Below, one piece after another: positions 25,567 through 32,000 of a stretch of DNA of 32,000 bases. Origin of the DNA: Mycolicibacterium smegmatis (GTDB lineage Bacteria > Actinomycetota > Actinomycetes > Mycobacteriales > Mycobacteriaceae); contig NZ_LN831039.1 in assembly GCF_001457595.1 (NCBI RefSeq), forward strand, positions 1,500,001-1,532,000, in the 5' to 3' direction. The number at the start of each line of letters is the position of its first letter. The stretch's first letter is position 1. Made by a program: the position numbers and the translations under genes. The notes under the pieces are model-generated. The model searched no databases, was not told the origin of the DNA, and was given only the letters and a program-made list of their open reading frames with translations.

Positions 25567-26166
25567 GTGACGACCCCGACCCGATGGGCCGGCGTTCCAC
25601 TGACGGACCGCCGCGCCGAGCGCCGTGCGCTGCTGGTCGACGCGGCGTTCCGGCTGTTCGGCGACGGCGGCGAGACCGCGTTGTCGGTGCGGTCGGTGTG
25701 CCGCGAGTGCGGCCTGAACACGCGGTACTTCTACGAGAGCTTCGCCGACACCGACGATCTCATCGGCGCGGTGTACGACGAGGTCAGCGCCCTGCTGGCG
25801 GCCGACGTCGAAGCCGCGATGGAAGGCGCCGGGAACTCGCTGCGGGCCAGGACCCGCGCGGGCATCGCCGCGGTGCTCGGTTTCAGTTCCGCCGATCCGC
25901 GGCGCGGACGTGTGCTGTTCACCGACGCCAGGGCCAACCCGGTGCTGGCCCAGCGTCGCGCCGTGACCCAGGACCTGCTGCGCGAGGCCGTGCTCAGCGA
26001 GGGTGGGCGGCTCAATCCGGGCTCGGACCCGGTCGCCGCCCAGGTCGGTGCGGCCATGTACACCGGTGCCATGGCCGAACTCGCCCAGCAGTGGCTGGCC
26101 GGCAACCTGGGCGACGACCTCGACGCCGTCGTCGACCACGCGCTGCGACTGGTCCTGGGGCGCTGA
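25567..26166 (+). CDS. TetR/AcrR-family transcriptional regulator
   Basis: 199-aa ORF with a GTG start. The N-terminal HTH is RRALLVDAAFRLFGDGGETALSVRSVCRECGLNTRYFYESF. Confidence 0.88.
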   Translation: MTTPTRWAGVPLTDRRAERRALLVDAAFRLFGDGGETALSVRSVCRECGLNTRYFYESFADTDDLIGAVYDEVSALLAADVEAAMEGAGNSLRARTRAGIAAVLGFSSADPRRGRVLFTDARANPVLAQRRAVTQDLLREAVLSEGGRLNPGSDPVAAQVGAAMYTGAMAELAQQWLAGNLGDDLDAVVDHALRLVLGR

Positions 26167-26170
26167 CCGG

Positions 26171-26782
26171 CTACGCCGTCGGCGCCGACGCGCTGGGCCG
26201 CCAGCGCCTGATCCAGTCGGTCTCGGGCCACTCCTCGGCCGCGGCCATCAACTCGTACATCGTGGCCCGGTCGATCGACTCGCGGATGATGTCGGCGTGC
26301 CCGGCGTGCCTGCTGAGCTCCTCGATGAGGTGCATGACCACCCAACGCACCGTCCAGTGGTCGATGTCGGCGGGGAACCACGGCACGTTGCGGGGGACGG
26401 GCACCGGGGCGTCGAGATCCTTCTCGGCGAAAACCCTGAGTGTTTCGGCGTTCTGGGCCTTGAGGGCGTCGAGGAGGTCCGCGATGGTCTCGTCGTCGCG
26501 CATCGAGTACTGATCGGCGTACTCGGCCATCTGCTCCTCCATCGGGCGTGGATCCGGTGGCGGCGAATCGGGCGCGTACGTGGCACGGTCGGTCCAGCCT
26601 TTCTGAACCCCGGCCGCGTGCTTGACCAGGCCGCCGATCGACAGCGCGCTCACCGACGGCGTCGACCGCGCCTGTTCGTCGGTCAGGCCGTAGGCCGCGG
26701 CGAAGAACGCGTTCTGCTGGAACTCGAGGAAGTTGATCAGGGTCTGTCGTTCGTCGGCGGCGGGCGGTGGCATACCGGGCAT
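26171..26782 (-). CDS. DinB-family (DUF664-like, mycothiol-dependent-enzyme fold) protein
   Basis: ORF 26171..26854, with the start taken at ATG 26782 (MPGMPPPAADERQTLINFLEFQQ), 4 nt after the stop of the upstream DinB gene. C-terminal motif HLIEELSRHAGHADIIRE. Confidence 0.75.
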   Translation of the reverse strand: MPGMPPPAADERQTLINFLEFQQNAFFAAAYGLTDEQARSTPSVSALSIGGLVKHAAGVQKGWTDRATYAPDSPPPDPRPMEEQMAEYADQYSMRDDETIADLLDALKAQNAETLRVFAEKDLDAPVPVPRNVPWFPADIDHWTVRWVVMHLIEELSRHAGHADIIRESIDRATMYELMAAAEEWPETDWIRRWRPSASAPTA

Positions 26783-26786
26783 GTGT

Positions 26787-27335
26787 TCAGTTCTCCTCTG
26801 CGGTGTTGTTGGTGTGTGCGTAAGGATCACGGATACAGGCGATTTCGGCGCCATGGTGGATCACTTCCCGGTTGATGTGCAGCACCAGCTCACTCATCGG
26901 GTGGTCTGCCCATGGACCCTCGGCCGGCCCGACCGGGCGCTGCAGATCATCCTCGCTCAACGCGCGTACCCCGGTGATCCAATTGCGGTAGGCGTCGTCG
27001 AGTTGTTCGAGCGCGGTCTTTGCGTCGGTGGCGTACGGCCACGTCTGGTAGTCGGCGGGCGGACCGCCGAAGTGTGAATGGTTGCGCATCGCGAGGACGC
27101 CGACGATGACATGAGCGAGCCGCCACGCGATGGTGGTGAACGGGGTGGGTTGTGGCTCGGGGTAGCTGAAATCGATGGAGCCGTCGGCGTGCACCGTCCA
27201 GCAGCCCGGAACCGGCTGCCAGAAGTATTCGTCGTCGGTGAGGCCGTCCAGTCGCGGGCGCAGCTGGTGGGTCCAGTGGAAATCCAGCTGGTCGGCAATC
27301 AGGTCGATGTCCATGTAACCCACCCTGACAGGCAT
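26787..27335 (-). CDS. DinB-like four-helix-bundle protein
   Basis: 182-aa ORF with DEYFWQPVPGCWTV, IAWRLAHVI and HINREVIHHGAEI (His triad spacing typical of DinB). ATG 27314 is an alternative start. Confidence 0.7.
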   Translation of the reverse strand: MPVRVGYMDIDLIADQLDFHWTHQLRPRLDGLTDDEYFWQPVPGCWTVHADGSIDFSYPEPQPTPFTTIAWRLAHVIVGVLAMRNHSHFGGPPADYQTWPYATDAKTALEQLDDAYRNWITGVRALSEDDLQRPVGPAEGPWADHPMSELVLHINREVIHHGAEIACIRDPYAHTNNTAEEN

Positions 27336-27336
27336 A

Positions 27337-27355
27337 TAGGACAGTTCCCGTCCTA
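27337..27355. promoter_or_regulatory. Palindrome TAGGAC-N7-GTCCTA between the DinB pair and the WYL regulator gene
   Basis: Read directly from the sequence (TAGGACAGTTCCCGTCCTA). It is the only symmetric element in the spacer of about 40 bp. Confidence 0.3.
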
Positions 27356-27376
27356 AAAGTGCGGCAGACTTGTCGC

Positions 27377-28339
27377 ATGGCGCGCACCGTCGACACCACC
27401 GGCCGAGTGGTCCAACTGCTGGGGCTGCTGCAGTCCCGCCGTGTGTGGACCGGTGAGGAACTCGCCGAGCGGCTCGGCGTCACGGGGCGCAGTGTGCGAC
27501 GCGACATCGAGCGCCTGCGCGAACTCGGCTATCCGGTGCATGCGAGCAAAGGGCAGGGCGGCGGTTACCAACTGGGCGCCGGAATGGCGTTGCCGCCGCT
27601 GCTGCTCGACCCCGACGAGGCCGTCGCCATGGCGGTCTGCCTGCGGCTGGCGGCCGGGGGAAGCGTCGCGGGCGTGGGCGAGTCGGCGCTGCGGGCCCTG
27701 TCCAAGCTCGACCAGGTCATGCCGGCGCGGCTGCGGTCCCAGGTCGCGGCCATCCACGACGCCACCGTGACGTTGGGGCCCAACGCCACCGACACCGCGG
27801 TGGCACCCGACGTGCTGATGACACTGGCCCGCGCGTGCCGCGACCGCGAGCACGTCAGCACCGGCTACACCGATCTGCGCGGCAATCAGACCCAACGGCG
27901 ACTGGAGCCCTACCAACTCGTCACCACCGGCAGGCGCTGGTACCTGATGGCCTACGACCGTGACCGCGAGGACTGGCGCAGCCTGCGGCTCGACCGGATG
28001 TCGGATGTCCGTGCGACCGGCACCACCTTCACCGCGCGCCCCGCACCGGACGCCGCGGCCTACGTCGGCCGCGCGATCAGCGCCTCGGCGTACCCCTACG
28101 TGGCGCGGGTACGCTACTTCGCCCCGGAAAAGGTTGTCGCGCAGCGGTTTCCGCCGGGTACGGCGACGTTCGAACCGGACGGTCCCGACGCCTGCATCGT
28201 CACTTCGGGCGCCGAGTACCCCGGACAGCTCGCGATGTACTTCGCCACGGTGGGCCACGACTTCGAGGTGCTTGAACCGGCCGAGGTGATCGACGCCGTC
28301 GGTGCGATGGCCGACCGGTTGCGCCGCGCCGTCAGGTGA
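27377..28339 (+). CDS. HTH-WYL domain transcriptional regulator (YafY/PafBC-like architecture)
   Basis: ORF 27359..28339, with ATG 27377 (MARTVDTTGRVVQLLGLL) or GTG 27359 as start. DeoR-type wHTH ELAERLGVTGRSVRRDIERLRELGYPV. WYL core LEPYQLVTTGRRWYLMAYDRDREDWRSLRLDRM. A WCX-like C-terminus follows. Confidence 0.85.
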   Translation: MARTVDTTGRVVQLLGLLQSRRVWTGEELAERLGVTGRSVRRDIERLRELGYPVHASKGQGGGYQLGAGMALPPLLLDPDEAVAMAVCLRLAAGGSVAGVGESALRALSKLDQVMPARLRSQVAAIHDATVTLGPNATDTAVAPDVLMTLARACRDREHVSTGYTDLRGNQTQRRLEPYQLVTTGRRWYLMAYDRDREDWRSLRLDRMSDVRATGTTFTARPAPDAAAYVGRAISASAYPYVARVRYFAPEKVVAQRFPPGTATFEPDGPDACIVTSGAEYPGQLAMYFATVGHDFEVLEPAEVIDAVGAMADRLRRAVR

Positions 28340-28892
28340 TCCCGAGCCGGTCGGTGAGCACCAGGAACGCCACCGCGAAATCGTTGCCCGCGGTCGCGGT
28401 GCGCACGGTGTCCCAGTCGACACGTTCACGCACCGCACGTGCAGCGGGCAGCAACGACGCGAAATCGCAATGGTGTTCGTTGAGCGAGCTCAATTTCTCG
28501 GCGATCACGAGCGTCGGCGTCAGCACGGGCATCCGGATCGCGCACACGTCGAGCACCTCGACCGTGGCCAGCGTGGCCGAATCCACGGGCACCCCGTTGA
28601 GCTGGTAGAGCACGTCGACCATGGCGTCGTCGGCGGTGTAGGCCTTGAACAGCCAGTCCTCCGGGGTGCGGACCACGCGGAAACCGGCCTTCTGCAGCGT
28701 CACCTCGGCGGCCTCGGCGTCGGTCTGGGCCACCACGAAGTCGACGTCGTGAACGGGTTCCGGCGCGCCGTACGCCCACAGGGCGTAGCTGCCCGCGAGC
28801 GCGAAGTCCGGGCCGTGCGTCTTGAACGCCGAGGCCGCGCGTTTCAGCGCGTCGCGCAGGCTCTCGTTGCGACCGAGCTCGTGATCGACCAC
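28332..28892 (-). CDS. Small nucleotidyltransferase-fold protein (GS...DxD motif), function unknown
   Basis: 186-aa ORF with a GTG start preceded by GGGACGGGA. Contains ALAGSYALWAYGAPEPVHDVDFVV (pol-beta-type NTase signature). The 3' end overlaps the WYL gene by 8 bp. Confidence 0.6.
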   Translation of the reverse strand: MVDHELGRNESLRDALKRAASAFKTHGPDFALAGSYALWAYGAPEPVHDVDFVVAQTDAEAAEVTLQKAGFRVVRTPEDWLFKAYTADDAMVDVLYQLNGVPVDSATLATVEVLDVCAIRMPVLTPTLVIAEKLSSLNEHHCDFASLLPAARAVRERVDWDTVRTATAGNDFAVAFLVLTDRLGIT

Positions 28893-28946
28893 GTCCCGTC
28901 CCGACTGTCAGCGTGTCTGGTCCGTCCAGATGGGTATCAGGTACCC

Positions 28947-29702
28947 ATGCGGGTGGCCACTTTCAACATCTTGCACGGACGTAGTGTCCACGAGGGCAGC
29001 GTCGACCTGGGCAAGCTCGGCGCCGCGGTCGCCGAACTGGATCCCGACATCCTCGGTCTCCAGGAGGTGGACCTGGACCAGCCGCGTTCCGGCAAGGCCG
29101 ATCTGACCGCGGTCGCGGCCGAGGCCATGGGCGCGGTCTATCACCGGTTCGTCGCCGCGATCTCCGGGACGCCGGGTGCCACGTGGATGGCCGCGACCGG
29201 CCGTGAACAACCCGGCACCGCGGCGTACGGGATCGCGCTGCTGTCGCGGTTCCCGGTGGAGAACTGGCAGGTGGTGCGGTTACCGCGGATCCCGACGCGG
29301 TTCCCCATGTATCTGTCGGCGGTCAAGCGCGTGCAGATCGTGCACGAGGAACCCCGCGCAGCCGTCGTCGCGCGCATCGACACGCCGCTGGGCTGTATGA
29401 GCGTCGCCAACACCCATCTGTCGTTCGTGCCCGGATGGAACCGCATCCAACTGCGCCACCTGGTGCGCGACCTGAAAGGTTTCCCCGGGCCACGCCTGCT
29501 GATGGGCGATCTCAACATGGGGCCGGGGCAGCCCGCGCGGTGGCGTGCGCTCGGATCGGCGCTGACCTTCCCGGCCGACGCGCCCGAGCGCCAGCTCGAC
29601 CACGTGCTCACCGACGATCACATGCTGGAGGTCGAGTCGTGCAGCGCGCCGTGCCTGCCGATCTCCGACCACCGCGCGCTGGTGGTCGACATCGCGGAAT
29701 GA
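28947..29702 (+). CDS. Endonuclease/exonuclease/phosphatase (EEP) family protein
   Basis: Start ATG 28947 lies inside ORF 28302..29702. Gives MRVATFNILHG, LGLQEVD, NTHLSF, GDLN and SDHRALVVDI, 251 aa. The ORF part upstream is antisense to the NTase gene. Confidence 0.85.
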   Translation: MRVATFNILHGRSVHEGSVDLGKLGAAVAELDPDILGLQEVDLDQPRSGKADLTAVAAEAMGAVYHRFVAAISGTPGATWMAATGREQPGTAAYGIALLSRFPVENWQVVRLPRIPTRFPMYLSAVKRVQIVHEEPRAAVVARIDTPLGCMSVANTHLSFVPGWNRIQLRHLVRDLKGFPGPRLLMGDLNMGPGQPARWRALGSALTFPADAPERQLDHVLTDDHMLEVESCSAPCLPISDHRALVVDIAE

Positions 29703-29719
29703 CGCCGTAGGGTTTTGAG

Positions 29720-32000
29720 ATGCACGTCACATCCGCGGAGTCGACGGAGCGGTACACCGGACCGGCCGAGGAGCCACGTCAGCTGGTGGCGGTGACCTAC
29801 CGGGGGTGCACGCAGCCGTCCATCATCACGGTCGAGGGCGACGGCATCTCGGGTTCGGCGCGGATCGATCCCGGGGACGGTGTGGTCGAGGTGCCGGTGG
29901 ACGTCGAACGGCCCGTGCCCGGCGAGATCCGGCGTGCACACGCCTCGGGTCTCGGTTTCGATTTCACGGTGGCCGAACCCGGCTGGACGATGTACATGAT
30001 CAGCCACTTCCACTACGACCCGGTGTGGTGGAACACCCAGGCCGCCTACACCAGTGTGTGGACCGAGGACCCGCCCGGGCAGTGCAGGCAGACCCACGGC
30101 TTCGACTTGGTGCGTGCGCATCTCGAAATGGCGCGCCGGGAACCGGAATACAAGTTCGTGCTGGCCGAGGTCGACTACCTCAAACCGTACTGGGACGCCC
30201 ATCCCGAGGACCGTGCCGACCTGCGCCGGTTCATCGCCTCTGGTCGTGTCGAGATCATGGGCGGGACCTACAACGAACCCAACACCAACCTCACGAGCCC
30301 CGAGACGGCGATCCGGAACTTCGTGCACGGCATGGGTTTCCAGCGCGACATCCTGGGCGCGACCCCGGCCACCGCGTGGCAGCTCGACGTGTTCGGCCAC
30401 GACCCGCAGTTCCCCGGTATGGCGGCCGACGCCGGTCTCACGTCGAGCTCGTGGGCGCGCGGCCCGCACCACCAGTGGGGGCCGATGCAGAACGACGGGG
30501 ATCCCGAACGCATGCAGTTCTGCAGCGAATTCGAGTGGATCGCGCCGTCGGGCCGCGGACTGCTGACCCATTACATGCCCGCGCACTATTCGGCCGGGTG
30601 GTGGATGGATACGTCGGCGTCGCTCGCCGAGGCCGAGGACGCCACGTACACATTGTTCACCAAGCTCAAGCGCGTCGCGTTGACCCGCAACGTCCTGCTG
30701 CCCGTCGGCACCGACTACACACCGCCCAACAAGTGGGTCACCGAGATCCACCGGGACTGGAACGCGCGCTACGTGTGGCCGAAGTTCGTGTGCGCGTTGC
30801 CGTCCGAGTTCTTCGCCGCGGTGCGCGCCGAGCTCGACGAGCGCGGCATCACGCCGTCACCGCAGACCCGCGACATGAACCCGATCTACACCGGCAAGGA
30901 CGTCTCCTACATCGACACCAAGCAGGCCAACCGTGCCGCCGAGGACGCCGTGCTGGACGCCGAACGGTTCGCGGTGTTCGCCGGGTTGCTCGGCGGGGCG
31001 GACTATCCGCAGGCCGCGCTGGCCAAGGCGTGGGTGCAATTGGCCTACGGCGCGCACCACGACGCGATCACCGGATCCGAGTCCGATCAGGTGTACCTCG
31101 ACCTGCTGACCGGCTGGCGCGACGCGTGGGAGCTGGGCACGACCGCGCGCTCGGCCGCCCTGCAGCTGTTGTCGGAAGCCGTCGACGGATCGATCGTGGT
31201 GTGGAATGCGTTGGCGCACAGCCGCACCGACGTCGTCACGATGCACCTGGACCGCCCGTTTCCCGGCGCGTTGCTGGGCACCGACGGCAACGTGGTGCCC
31301 GTCGTGGTCGAGCATGACGGCTTGACCGTGAGCTGGCTCGCGCGTGATGTGCCGTCGCTCGGGTGGCGTTCGTACCGGCTGGCCGACGGTGCCGGGGGCG
31401 GGTGGTCGCCTGTGCTGGGGGACGCGATCTCGAACGAACGCTATCGGTTGCGTGTCGATGCCGCGCGCGGCGGTGGGGTGACATCGCTGGTGCGCGACGG
31501 GCGGCAACTGATCGCCGGCGGCGGTGTGGGCAACGAGCTTGCGGTGTACGACGAATACTCCGCACACCCGCAGGCTGGTGAGGGCCCGTGGCATCTGCTG
31601 CCGAAGGGCCCGGTGGTGTGCTCGTCGGCGGCCCCTGCCGATCATGTCCGGTGTTACCGCAGCGCGGTGGGCCAACGGGTGGTGGTGCGCGGGCGCATCG
31701 GTGACCTGCTGCGCTACACCCAGACCATCACGCTGTGGAACGGGCTGGATCGCGTCGACTGCCGCACCGTCGTCGACGAATTCACCGGCGAGGACCGGTT
31801 GTTGCGGTTGCGCTGGCCCTGTCCGGTGCCGGGTGCGTTGCCGGTCAGTGAGGTCGGTGACGCCGTGATCGGTCGCGGGTTCGGGCTCATGCACGACGGG
31901 GTTTCTGATGGCCGGGCGGGGGATACGGCGGTGGATTCGGCGGTGGATTCGGCACGGCATCCCTGGACGCTCGACAACCCGGCGTACGGGTGGTTCGGGC
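29720..32000 (+). CDS. GH38 alpha-mannosidase (Rv0648-like). N-terminal ~760 codons; continues past the right edge
   Basis: Hand translation from ATG 29720 gives MHVTSAESTERYTG...MISHFHYDPVWWNTQ...GGTYNEPNTNL...WQLDVFGHDPQFP...DYTPPNKW...AHHDAITGSES. No stop occurs in the window, so it is absent from the ORF track. Confidence 0.85.
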   Translation, partial: MHVTSAESTERYTGPAEEPRQLVAVTYRGCTQPSIITVEGDGISGSARIDPGDGVVEVPVDVERPVPGEIRRAHASGLGFDFTVAEPGWTMYMISHFHYDPVWWNTQAAYTSVWTEDPPGQCRQTHGFDLVRAHLEMARREPEYKFVLAEVDYLKPYWDAHPEDRADLRRFIASGRVEIMGGTYNEPNTNLTSPETAIRNFVHGMGFQRDILGATPATAWQLDVFGHDPQFPGMAADAGLTSSSWARGPHHQWGPMQNDGDPERMQFCSEFEWIAPSGRGLLTHYMPAHYSAGWWMDTSASLAEAEDATYTLFTKLKRVALTRNVLLPVGTDYTPPNKWVTEIHRDWNARYVWPKFVCALPSEFFAAVRAELDERGITPSPQTRDMNPIYTGKDVSYIDTKQANRAAEDAVLDAERFAVFAGLLGGADYPQAALAKAWVQLAYGAHHDAITGSESDQVYLDLLTGWRDAWELGTTARSAALQLLSEAVDGSIVVWNALAHSRTDVVTMHLDRPFPGALLGTDGNVVPVVVEHDGLTVSWLARDVPSLGWRSYRLADGAGGGWSPVLGDAISNERYRLRVDAARGGGVTSLVRDGRQLIAGGGVGNELAVYDEYSAHPQAGEGPWHLLPKGPVVCSSAAPADHVRCYRSAVGQRVVVRGRIGDLLRYTQTITLWNGLDRVDCRTVVDEFTGEDRLLRLRWPCPVPGALPVSEVGDAVIGRGFGLMHDGVSDGRAGDTAVDSAVDSARHPWTLDNPAYGWFG

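Noticed and set aside
27353-28438. 361-aa minus-strand ORF
   Set aside because: It is antisense to the HTH-WYL regulator, whose frame has clear wHTH and WYL signatures.
28302-28946. Upstream 215 codons of the 466-aa ORF 28302..29702
   Set aside because: This part is antisense to the nucleotidyltransferase gene and not protein-like. EEP homology starts exactly at ATG 28947 (MRVATFNILHG).
29618-31960. ORFs 29806..31317 (+, 503 aa), 29618..30751 (-, 377 aa) and 30857..31960 (-, 367 aa)
   Set aside because: All three overlap the hand-translated GH38 alpha-mannosidase frame, which starts at 29720 and carries HFHYDPVWW, GGTYNEPN and LDVFGHD. The listed ORFs are Arg/Gly/His-rich shadow frames.

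Overview
High-GC actinobacterial chromosome. From memory, the gene order matches the Mycobacterium tuberculosis Rv0630c-Rv0648 backbone, and the extra genes look like a fast-growing relative such as Mycolicibacterium smegmatis; no search was run. Left to right: recB (partial) and recC; a marR-MFS pair; echA3; an Rv0633c-like membrane protein; a DUF2235-like protein; an MBL-fold hydrolase; nsrR-hmp; tRNA-Thr and tRNA-Met; rpmG-hadA-hadB-hadC; tRNA-Trp; secE-nusG; rplK-rplA; an ECF42-type sigma factor with a tandem DGPF/YciI-like protein; two mycolic-acid SAM methyltransferase paralogs; a lipG-like hydrolase; an ABC1/UbiB kinase; a DUF2236/TetR pair; two DinB-fold genes; an HTH-WYL regulator; a small nucleotidyltransferase; an EEP-family nuclease/phosphatase; and the 5' part of a GH38 alpha-mannosidase. 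recB and the mannosidase are missing from the ORF track because they run off the window, so I translated both by hand. I found no rRNA, CRISPR array, IS element or prophage gene. Many long ORFs in the track are stop-poor alternative frames typical of GC-rich DNA, and I rejected them. I see no clear-cut novel system. The best leads are the WYL/DinB/NTase/EEP islet, the ECF42-DGPF operon with a matching promoter motif and an adjacent 14-bp tandem repeat, and a DUF2235-like gene that has lost the expected GxSxG serine. All coordinates, translations and motif matches were done by eye and need computational confirmation.
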